Part shown: positions 7,806-14,893 of the stretch, in pieces | Layout: each line of letters starts with the position of its first letter | Numbering within the stretch: the first letter of the stretch is position 1 | Virus record (IMG/VR): IMGVR_UViG_3300008107_000202 | Length of the DNA stretch: 21,188 nucleotides | Direction: 5' to 3' (one strand) | From: a virus | Lineage: Duplodnaviria > Heunggongvirae > Uroviricota > Caudoviricetes | The notes under the pieces: generated by a model | Database searches by the model: none | Told to the model about the DNA's origin: nothing | Seen by the model: the letters and a program-made list of their open reading frames with translations, nothing else | Made by a program: the position numbers and the translations under genes

Positions 7806-9455
7806 ATGCCAGTAACAGCATTGCCAACCCCACCAAGTCGTAGCGACCCTGTGAACTTCCCAACCAGAGCCGACAACTTTCTTGGTGCTCTTCCAGCTTT
7901 TGCACTTGAACTTAATGAAGTTCAATCGGCAGTAAGTAACTCGGAATCTTCTGCTTCTCTATCTGCTTCACTTGCAAATGCTGCCGCTAATGCTGCAGTC
8001 CTAGCATCAGGTGCAGTAGCTTGGGTTTCAGGTACAACATACACAATCGGACAGCAAGTATGGAGTCCGACAACTTTCCAGAACTTCAGACGTAGAACAA
8101 GCGGTGCAGGAACTACTGACCCAGCAAGTGATGCAACGAATTGGGAACCTTTGAGTATTTCGTCAACTAATGGTATCACGTTGAATAACACAGTCACCTA
8201 TAAAGGCAGACTGTCAGGTGGTACACCGACTAATCTATTGAGCGTATCAAGCACTGACTTTACTGATCTTGAAGGTAACGTTGGAGTAAGAACGTATGTA
8301 AATGGACTACTTGTTTCTACACACACTACTGCGGGTAATCTAGGTATCGGTACGAGCACGCCGGGAGCACCACTTGATGTCTTCAGGTCAGGTGTTTCAA
8401 GTGCAAAGATTTCATCTAACTTGAGTTCAAATGAAACTGTCCTATCTCTGGATGCAGGTAACACTGGTCTAGGAGTGAGAGACAGTCAGATCGCAAGTAC
8501 AAACGATGGTTCGAACAGAACAACTCTTCATTTCAGAACTTCTAACGCACTTGCTCCTGTTACTCGCATGTGGCTCAATCACCTGGGTAATTTTGGTGTC
8601 GGTGTTATTCCGGGTACATCAACTACACGACTGATTGTTCAACAGTCCACGACTTCAACAACTGCTGAAGAAACTGTAGTCTTCAGAAATTCAACAGCAG
8701 ATGGTCCTTTCATTAGATTTGGTGTAGCAGCTTCGGCTGGTGCATGGAATCCGTTAACCGTAACAGGTGATCAGTACATTGCGTTTGGTACAGGTGCAAG
8801 CCCGGGTAGTTCATCTAATTCGCTAAGTATTGTTCCTTGGGCATCTGCTGCGTCCGGTATTCGAATCAACAACCTTGGTTTCCTAGGTATTGGTACTTCC
8901 CTACCGTTGGCACCATTGCACGTTACAAATGCAACTCCTGCAATCCTTTTGACTGAATCAGATCAGTCAGCCAGTAACACAACATGGAGAATTGCTAGCA
9001 ATGCTTCAGTGTTCAACCTTGATGTTGCAAACGATGCCGCTTCAAGTTTCCAGAATGCAATTGCAATCGCTCGATCTGGTGTGACAGTAACGAGTCAGTC
9101 ATTTTCAACAGGTGGCACAGTAAGACTTAACATTGACTCGTCAGGTGTTGTAACTTACGGTGGTATCGAAGTTGGATATCGCAACATTCCTAGAGTAACA
9201 GGTGGTGTTGAAGCAGGTAAGTGTTTCGCTACAGCAGCCGGTGTGACATTCAATACTGGTCAAGCTGCGGGTACTACGCTATCTGTTTATAATGATAGTG
9301 GTATTCCTATTACACTCACACAAGGTTCAGGATTGACACTGCGACTAGCAGGATCAACTTCTACCGGAAACAGAACTCTATCAGCTAGAGGTATGGCTAC
9401 GATTTGGTATAACAGCACAACTGAAGCTATCGTAACGGGTGCAGGAGTAGTTTAA
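7806..9455 (+). CDS. Tail fibre / receptor-binding protein, 549 aa
   Basis: N-terminus PTPPSRSDPVNFPTRADNF typical of fibre anchors in this tail type. Three GxxG(I/V)G linkers (8334, 8586, 8877). Very Ser/Thr/Gly-rich. RBS AAGGA. Confidence 0.8.
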   Translation: MPVTALPTPPSRSDPVNFPTRADNFLGALPAFALELNEVQSAVSNSESSASLSASLANAAANAAVLASGAVAWVSGTTYTIGQQVWSPTTFQNFRRRTSGAGTTDPASDATNWEPLSISSTNGITLNNTVTYKGRLSGGTPTNLLSVSSTDFTDLEGNVGVRTYVNGLLVSTHTTAGNLGIGTSTPGAPLDVFRSGVSSAKISSNLSSNETVLSLDAGNTGLGVRDSQIASTNDGSNRTTLHFRTSNALAPVTRMWLNHLGNFGVGVIPGTSTTRLIVQQSTTSTTAEETVVFRNSTADGPFIRFGVAASAGAWNPLTVTGDQYIAFGTGASPGSSSNSLSIVPWASAASGIRINNLGFLGIGTSLPLAPLHVTNATPAILLTESDQSASNTTWRIASNASVFNLDVANDAASSFQNAIAIARSGVTVTSQSFSTGGTVRLNIDSSGVVTYGGIEVGYRNIPRVTGGVEAGKCFATAAGVTFNTGQAAGTTLSVYNDSGIPITLTQGSGLTLRLAGSTSTGNRTLSARGMATIWYNSTTEAIVTGAGVV

Positions 9456-9456
9456 C

Positions 9457-9894
9457 ATGGCAGGTATTGCAATGCTACTACTTGCCGGTGGATCAGCAGT
9501 CCGAATTACCGATAGGTCTATTTCCGATTCTGACTTTAAAGTGTCTCCAGCTACAGCGTTTGCCAATTCAACTTACCAGTTAGGATCAGATGGTGTAGCT
9601 AGATTTGAAACGGCAAATGGAGCAGATGGTTCATACTCTTCGGAGTGGTTGCTCGGTGGAAATGCTGCAGACTACGAAGCGAGATTCGCCATCCTGACTG
9701 GCTCAGCAGATGGTTCATTCGGTGTGTGGTTACCCTTGACAACCACCAGATCGATCAGTGTCACAGCTAACCAGACAATCTTTGGTTCTACTTCAAGTAA
9801 CGCTACAGTTCTCGTTGACATCAGAACTACAAGTGGTTTGATTCTGTCCACTGCTGTGATTACTCTTTCAGCTACAGCAACGGTAGATGCATAG
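9457..9894 (+). CDS. Small tail-fibre-associated protein, 145 aa
   Basis: Starts 1 nt after the fibre stop, with RBS GGAG. Ser/Thr/Ala-rich, Ig-like beta pattern, and a hydrophobic MAGIAMLLLAGG N-terminus. Confidence 0.55.
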   Translation: MAGIAMLLLAGGSAVRITDRSISDSDFKVSPATAFANSTYQLGSDGVARFETANGADGSYSSEWLLGGNAADYEARFAILTGSADGSFGVWLPLTTTRSISVTANQTIFGSTSSNATVLVDIRTTSGLILSTAVITLSATATVDA

Positions 9895-9903
9895 TGAGGT
9901 TTT

Positions 9904-10161
9904 ATGAACAAGGTACAATTACTGCTACTCAATGACAAGTTTCAACATTTCGTTTACGGGGTAGCGATCTACTCCGTGATGGTACCATTCGGTATCCCTT
10001 TTGCTTTTGCTTTCCTGATTGCTGTAGCTACAATTAAAGAGTTGTACGACAAGAAAGGATACGGAACATTTGAGATCAGAGATGGACTTTACACTGTTTC
10101 AGGTGGAGTGTATTTGCAATCATGGTACTACGTATTCGGATACTTGTCTGTACTATTCTAA
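9904..10161 (+). CDS. Hypothetical membrane protein (DKxxHF motif), 85 aa
   Basis: RBS GAGG. NDKFQHFVYG followed by hydrophobic helices and KELYD...D-x-x-x-T-x-x-GG, reminiscent of VanZ/YfiM-like small membrane proteins. Confidence 0.6.
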   Translation: MNKVQLLLLNDKFQHFVYGVAIYSVMVPFGIPFAFAFLIAVATIKELYDKKGYGTFEIRDGLYTVSGGVYLQSWYYVFGYLSVLF

Positions 10162-10412
10162 GTACAACTAAAGAGTGGTGTCATCAGAACACTGTAGCGA
10201 CGAGTCAACTTCTGAACGCACTGACCTTTGGTGCAGCAGATGAAACTCTGTCAAGTCGAGCTTTTCGATCTGAAGTCAAGGGAAAATGGTTCGGTAGGAT
10301 TTCAAGACCTACAATCGATGCTTTACTTTTCTTTGACAAAGATCATTGCCTGAACTCATTCATCAACGAAGTAAAACGACGACACCTCCCCAAAGACTTT
10401 CAAGAGATTTAA
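10122..10412 (+). CDS. Conserved-looking phage hypothetical protein (QLLNAL...DETLSSR...IDALL...HC); start uncertain
   Basis: The motif set is one I recognise from phage proteins found near tail/lysis genes. The only in-frame ATG overlaps the upstream gene by 40 nt. Confidence 0.6.
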   Translation: MVLRIRILVCTILSTTKEWCHQNTVATSQLLNALTFGAADETLSSRAFRSEVKGKWFGRISRPTIDALLFFDKDHCLNSFINEVKRRHLPKDFQEI

Positions 10413-10413
10413 C

Positions 10414-10782
10414 ATGGAACTTCCTTTTCTCAGTGCTCTATTTGCGGGCATCAAACACCTACCGGAAAGCTTAGCTGCATTTCTGATTCTTGTTTCCCTG
10501 GTGCTTTCTTACTTCTTTAAATCCAAAGGACAAGAGCACCAACAAGTAACGGAAGTTAGTAAACTTCAGTCTGATCAATTGAAAACATTGATTGAGCAGA
10601 ACGAGAAACTGATGCAGATGAACAGCACACTCGCTCAACAACTACATGCTACACGAGAAGAAATCAGTGAAGCATACACAATCATTGAGGATTTAAAGCT
10701 TAAGTTAGCCAGAATCCAAAGACTACTACAAGAGAAAGGGATTAGCTATGGCGATTCCACTACTGGCGACCATCGTAACTAG
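10414..10782 (+). CDS. Single-TM coiled-coil membrane protein (lysis accessory: holin-like or i-spanin-like), 122 aa
   Basis: Hydrophobic LAAFLILVSLVLSYFF segment followed by KSKG and a long heptad-like Q/E/L stretch. Located at the head of the lysis cassette. Confidence 0.6.
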   Translation: MELPFLSALFAGIKHLPESLAAFLILVSLVLSYFFKSKGQEHQQVTEVSKLQSDQLKTLIEQNEKLMQMNSTLAQQLHATREEISEAYTIIEDLKLKLARIQRLLQEKGISYGDSTTGDHRN

Positions 10783-11293
10783 CCTAATTGCTAACAATCT
10801 ACCTAAGCTTGCACAAGCGGTTGTAGATAAAGGCATCGGATACGTTGAAGAAAAGACTGGTATCAAGCTTGAGACAAACGAAGACGGTAATATTCCACCT
10901 GAGAAGATTGCTGAACTACGTATTGCTTCAATGAAACATGCTGAGTTTAAGATTGAAGCAGAGCAAAAGATGGTTGACTCTGAACATCGTAATACAGCAG
11001 ATGCTCGTGATATGCAAAAGCAGGCACTACAACAGGATGACCTCTTCAGTAAGCGATTCGTAATGTACTTCGCTATTGGTTGGTCAATCTTCGCTGCATG
11101 CTATCTTGTTGGCATTACATTCTTCCCTATCCCTGAAGCAAGTATTCGATTCGCAGATACCATTGTAGGCTTCCTGCTTGGTACGCTGATTTCTACCATC
11201 ATGAACTTCTTCTTCGGATCATCTCGTGGAAGCCAGATGAAAGATGAAGTAATGAAATTCTTCGCTAGAAAGGAAACCGATGAGACTAAGTAA
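10748..11293 (+). CDS. Probable holin, 181 aa
   Basis: Two C-terminal TM segments (FVMYFAIGWSIFAACYLVGITFF; IVGFLLGTLISTIMNFFFG) ending in FFGSSRGS-x-x-K, a motif common in phage holin-like proteins. Overlaps the endolysin start. Confidence 0.6.
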   Translation: MAIPLLATIVTSLIANNLPKLAQAVVDKGIGYVEEKTGIKLETNEDGNIPPEKIAELRIASMKHAEFKIEAEQKMVDSEHRNTADARDMQKQALQQDDLFSKRFVMYFAIGWSIFAACYLVGITFFPIPEASIRFADTIVGFLLGTLISTIMNFFFGSSRGSQMKDEVMKFFARKETDETK

Positions 11294-11741
11294 GAACTTC
11301 ACACTTGCTGAAATGACGAAGAGTCAGATGGCAATTCGAAACGGTATTGATAATACACCTTCCCAGGCTGAAATCGAGAACATGAAGAAACTTGCCAACA
11401 TGGTTCTTCAACCCGTTCGTGATCGATTCGGACCAGTCAGTATTTCATCAGGATTCAGGTCTGTTTCTGTAAACTCCCTGGTTGGTGGATCACCTAACAG
11501 TGACCACACGCGAGGGATGGCTGCTGACATTGAAGTCCCTGGTGTATCGAACTTGGAAGTCGCGCAGTGGATTGCTGAGAACCTACAGTTCACTCAATTA
11601 ATTCTAGAGTTTTATACAGACGACATTCCAGACTCAGGATGGGTGCATGTAGCCTACAATGAAAACAAAATTGTTAACGAAATTCTAAGAGCTACCCGTG
11701 GAGCCAATGGCCGAACGATTTACCTCAAAGGGTTGCGCTAA
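11280..11741 (+). CDS. Endolysin, peptidase M15 (M15A/M15_3-like) Zn peptidase, 153 aa
   Basis: LSKNFTLAEM N-terminus, ISSGFRS, NSDHTRGMAADI (His/Asp ligands) and GWVHVAY (third His ligand). RBS AAGGA. Confidence 0.9.
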   Translation: MRLSKNFTLAEMTKSQMAIRNGIDNTPSQAEIENMKKLANMVLQPVRDRFGPVSISSGFRSVSVNSLVGGSPNSDHTRGMAADIEVPGVSNLEVAQWIAENLQFTQLILEFYTDDIPDSGWVHVAYNENKIVNEILRATRGANGRTIYLKGLR

Positions 11742-11780
11742 AAGAAAAACCCCCTGGTTTGTGCCAGGGGGTCTTTTTTA
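11741..11780. terminator. Bidirectional Rho-independent terminator between the convergent blocks
   Basis: 9-bp stem ACCCCCTGG (11749-11757) / CCAGGGGGT (11764-11772), loop TTTGTG, with an A-run on the left and a T-run on the right. Confidence 0.9.
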
Positions 11781-11882
11781 TGCCGGAATGAAATGACCGT
11801 AGTCATCGTCGTCATCGTTGCCGGTGATCCAGTTAACGAAACGAGTCCAGTAATGGTTGATTGTCCAGAGTAGTTCGTTCAT
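11778..11882 (-). CDS. Micro-ORF, 34 aa (MNELLWTINHYWTRFVNWITGNDDDDDYGHFIPA)
   Basis: ATG 1 nt after the stop of the upstream micro-ORF, GGGA upstream, TAA abutting the terminator. Not in the ORF track (too short). Confidence 0.6.
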   Translation of the reverse strand: MNELLWTINHYWTRFVNWITGNDDDDDYGHFIPA

Positions 11883-11883
11883 C

Positions 11884-11961
11884 TTAGTAATTCCCAGGAA
11901 GTGTACCAATGAGTAAAGCAAGTAGAACCACAACAATCACGATTAGAAATGTTACTGACAT
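11884..11961 (-). CDS. Micro-ORF, 25-aa single transmembrane peptide (MSVTFLIVIVVVLLALLIGTLPGNY)
   Basis: AGGAG RBS (11970-11974) 8 nt upstream of the ATG, and an uninterrupted hydrophobic stretch. Confidence 0.65.
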   Translation of the reverse strand: MSVTFLIVIVVVLLALLIGTLPGNY

Positions 11962-11976
11962 GATTCATACTCCTAT

Positions 11977-13674
11977 TTAGAAAGTGATTTCGCAAGCGCC
12001 ACCTGAGCAGGCTTGACTAGCTAGACTATCTGCTTCAACATAGTCTTGTTTAGGCATCTTTTTAGCAAAATCGATTTCAACCAGTGCTTTCTCGATTGTG
12101 ATCCATTTGTGCAGATTGTACACATCCTTAAGACAGTAAGTAGCTTTCGTCTTATCACCATCGAAGAAATTGTCTGCGTACTTCTGAAGTCTACGAACCC
12201 AATCTCTTTTGAGAAGGTCTTCGTGTTCTTCTGTCAGCACAGCACCAATTCCTAGTGCAGTATCACAAGCAAACCACAGCTTGTTGTCGAAAGCTTTCAG
12301 ACCTTCAACGATTAGTCCTGATGCAAACATTGAACCCGAACCGTACTCGTCAAAGATTACTTTCTCAGTCTTCACTTCCGTAAATGGAGCTTGAGCGTAA
12401 ATCTTGTCACCGAAGAAACTTAGTAGTGAAATGCCAGCGAAGTATTTTCTGTTATCGAAGATGTACTGTTCAACCTCATCCCAATTGTCTACCGTGATTG
12501 TGTTACTGATGTTGTGGCGAAGTCTGCTGTCAACACACAGTTCAACGTTCGTGCCTGCCTCAACCCAAAACTGCTGAGCAAGCTTCACGTACTCAAGCTG
12601 CTTGACACCCAGTAGGTCATTCTTATAGATTGACCCTTCCTTTGATTTAATCGGGAAGCTGACTACTACGTCTGTACCATTAGGCGACCACACTGAAGTT
12701 TCAATCATCTTAGGATTGTACTTGCGCAGAAGCTTGACAACTTCGTCGTCTGCATTCATCTGAACGTTTCTAAAGAACATAGGTGAATGCTCACCGTGGA
12801 TACCCGAAGCTGTACCAAGAATAACCGATGCGTTACCTGAAGGTTTAGCACAAGTTGTTCGTGCTGCTTGGTTCACACCAATTAGCTTAGCGATTCTTGC
12901 GTTCGTTTCTTTCACGATGGTTGCACCATTGATCATGTTCTCTTCATCGAAAAGAATGTCAGGGTTGTTCATCCAGCCAGTAATACTCACACCAATGAGA
13001 GCTTCCTTTTCAGTAATCTGTTTCGATGCTGGACTCAGGTACTTGAAGTCAGTGTATCCGGCTTGCAGTGTACCAAGAATTGCTGCGGCTTTGCACGCTC
13101 TCTCGAACGTCGCAACGTCAACACATTTACCACCGTTGATTTCATTAAGGTTACAGAATTGGAATCCACTGACACCTTCTTCTGTTTTAGGTAGCATTCC
13201 GATTTCAACACAAGGATTGAAAAGGAACTCTTTACTATCGCTGAAGATGAATCCTGGCTCACCGAAGTCTTTAACTGACTTCATGATATTAGCCCATTCT
13301 TCTCTTGTCAGTTCATCACGGATGATCATCGCAGAGTTGTTAGAACGACCACGTTGTGGGTTGTCAATGAACCAGTTACCAGTCTTTGCTGTGAGCATTT
13401 CCTGATCGTCTTTGTCGAACACACAAATTGTAGCTGAGCGTCGAACACCACCGGAAAGAACAGCATCGCTCATGTGCATCACAAAGTCATAAGCCATCAG
13501 AGGTTTGATGGTTGTAATACCTTTAGCTAGATAGCTCTCAATCAATGTTTCACACTTAACCAGTGCGTTTCTTAGTCCATCTGGACCTGGGGCTTTAAAC
13601 CCTCCTGAAATCAGCGATCCCTTCGGACGAATCTGGCTGAAGTCAAAGTGTACTTGACAGTTTTGATATCGCAT
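11977..13674 (-). CDS. Ribonucleotide reductase catalytic subunit (RTPR/NrdJ-like or phage NrdA type), C-terminal fragment
   Basis: Motifs LSGGVRRSATI, PQRGRSNNS, GEPGF, NPCVEI (thiyl-radical Cys), FCNLNEIN, TTCAKPSGNAS and C-terminal ACSGGACEI redox pair. No convincing RBS at the 13674 ATG. The class (I or II) cannot be decided from this window and no beta subunit is visible. Confidence 0.9.
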   Translation of the reverse strand: MRYQNCQVHFDFSQIRPKGSLISGGFKAPGPDGLRNALVKCETLIESYLAKGITTIKPLMAYDFVMHMSDAVLSGGVRRSATICVFDKDDQEMLTAKTGNWFIDNPQRGRSNNSAMIIRDELTREEWANIMKSVKDFGEPGFIFSDSKEFLFNPCVEIGMLPKTEEGVSGFQFCNLNEINGGKCVDVATFERACKAAAILGTLQAGYTDFKYLSPASKQITEKEALIGVSITGWMNNPDILFDEENMINGATIVKETNARIAKLIGVNQAARTTCAKPSGNASVILGTASGIHGEHSPMFFRNVQMNADDEVVKLLRKYNPKMIETSVWSPNGTDVVVSFPIKSKEGSIYKNDLLGVKQLEYVKLAQQFWVEAGTNVELCVDSRLRHNISNTITVDNWDEVEQYIFDNRKYFAGISLLSFFGDKIYAQAPFTEVKTEKVIFDEYGSGSMFASGLIVEGLKAFDNKLWFACDTALGIGAVLTEEHEDLLKRDWVRRLQKYADNFFDGDKTKATYCLKDVYNLHKWITIEKALVEIDFAKKMPKQDYVEADSLASQACSGGACEITF

Positions 13675-14006
13675 AGCAGCAGGTACATTGCTTCCTGAAA
13701 GAACTCAGGTCTGTCAGCATAACTGACACTGCAGTTGTACATGCGAGCATTGTGCTTGAAAAGTTGCTCACCACCAAACTGCAACGAGCGTTGTGCAGCT
13801 AGAATTAGTTGTTCACTGTATGCTTGTTGCGCAAAGTCAATTGCCTCCGAAAGTTCAGGAGTCATCTTGTCCTTGTACTTCTCACGATGCATATTCATCA
13901 CGCGAGAAACTGCTTCTTCCCACGTTTCATATCTCTGAAGGGTGTCATCCCATCTTGAGTAACCCATGTAGAACTTTGACTCTGATAGCATTCGTTGTGT
14001 ATTCAT
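13611..14006 (-). CDS. Ribonucleotide reductase, N-terminal fragment (112 RNR-like residues plus 19 out-of-frame residues)
   Basis: YSRW...YETWEEAVSRV, AAQRSLQFGG, MYNCS (redox Cys) and DRPEFFQEAMYLLLC. After C112 the frame reads into the downstream fragment out of frame. RBS AAGGA. Confidence 0.85.
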   Translation of the reverse strand: MNTQRMLSESKFYMGYSRWDDTLQRYETWEEAVSRVMNMHREKYKDKMTPELSEAIDFAQQAYSEQLILAAQRSLQFGGEQLFKHNARMYNCSVSYADRPEFFQEAMYLLLCDIKTVKYTLTSARFVRRDR

Positions 14007-14012
14007 TTATCT

Positions 14013-14423
14013 TTATCCTTGTACTGTTTGATCTTCTACTGTATACTTTTCTCTATCAGCAAGGGCAGCTTGTCTATCTTCTGTCAGGTTTCGTGCTCTG
14101 TAGATGTCTTCAAGGATTCTGCAACCGGAAGCTTTGTCCATTGCTGAAACGCTAGCATATCCACTCGCTAACCACTCAGCATCCAATCGTTCATGACCGA
14201 CATATCTTGAGCACATGACAACTTCGTTGAGGCGATTCCTGTGCCACAGACCATCTTGTCGCTCGAAAGGTCTACTGGTGTCTAGTCCAATCTCCCACAA
14301 CATCTTTCTGAATGCTACAGGATTATCTACTTCGAAGTCTTTTGAGTAGGTTGGAATGACTTTTGCGATTTCACTTTCAGAAATGATGCACAATGCAACG
14401 ATGGTACTTTCTCTCTTTTTCAT
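14013..14423 (-). CDS. Hypothetical protein, 136 aa (start reassigned to MKKRESTIV...)
   Basis: AGGAG RBS (14428-14432) just upstream of the ATG at 14423, and a promoter upstream. The longer ORF-track start would overlap that promoter. Confidence 0.75.
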   Translation of the reverse strand: MKKRESTIVALCIISESEIAKVIPTYSKDFEVDNPVAFRKMLWEIGLDTSRPFERQDGLWHRNRLNEVVMCSRYVGHERLDAEWLASGYASVSAMDKASGCRILEDIYRARNLTEDRQAALADREKYTVEDQTVQG

Positions 14424-14457
14424 AATTCTCCTAACTGTCCCCCGCGACAGGGGGACC

Positions 14458-14486
14458 ATGATATCACACGTTTTCTGAAATGTCAA
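14458..14486 (-). promoter_or_regulatory. Sigma70-type promoter for the hypothetical gene and RNR
   Basis: Minus strand TTGACA (14486-14481), 17 nt, TATCAT (14463-14458), with extended -10 TG. Confidence 0.75.
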
Positions 14487-14488
14487 TG

Positions 14489-14893
14489 TTACTTGGGGTT
14501 CTTGTCTAGATAAATCTTGAACAGGATACAACATGTTGCATGAGCCAAGTGATGAAGTCCAGTTTCAGGATCATTCATTTCACCACCGAGATACGCTTGG
14601 ATATGTCTAAGCATTGCATCATCGTATCGTGGTCCTTCTACATGCTTCCAGTTGTCAGGAGCGTATTTCTTTGCACCAAACTCAAGCACAGCTAATACTT
14701 CATCTAGTGGTTGCTTCAGTGACTTGAACAAAAGGGTAGGACGCACTTTTTCTTTATCGTACTTGACACCAAGTGGTTTGATGAGTTCTTCTAGCTTGAC
14801 GCCGGTTGAAGGAGTGAACTGAAATGGTGGGGAAGGATTTGTAGGTGGAGTGTGCGGGGCATTTAACATTAGTGGAAGTTCAAGTTGCTGCAT
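14489..14893 (-). CDS. dATP/dGTP diphosphohydrolase-domain protein (DUF5664-like), 134 aa (start reassigned)
   Basis: GVKYDKEK, VLEFGAKKYAPDNW, AMLRH and DPETGLHHLAHATCCILF are the signature motifs of this family. GGAG RBS 9 nt before the ATG at 14893, which overlaps the end of the upstream gene. Confidence 0.85.
   Translation of the reverse strand: MQQLELPLMLNAPHTPPTNPSPPFQFTPSTGVKLEELIKPLGVKYDKEKVRPTLLFKSLKQPLDEVLAVLEFGAKKYAPDNWKHVEGPRYDDAMLRHIQAYLGGEMNDPETGLHHLAHATCCILFKIYLDKNPK

Noticed and set aside
10414-10782. Embedded Rz1-like lipoprotein in an alternate frame
   Set aside because: No signal peptide plus lipobox ORF was found by eye. A LipoP scan would be needed to exclude it fully.
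11802-11819. Short tandem repeat GTCATCGTC GTCATCGTT
   Set aside because: Simply encodes the poly-Asp run of the 34-aa micro-ORF.
13611-13700. Group I intron or intein interrupting the RNR
   Set aside because: There is no inserted sequence. The two halves abut with sequence apparently missing, and no homing endonuclease or intein termini are visible.
14455-14470. NrdR box at the RNR-operon promoter (palindrome TGATATCA, 14459-14466)
   Set aside because: Only an 8-bp palindrome overlapping the -10 box. It does not fit the 16-bp NrdR consensus.
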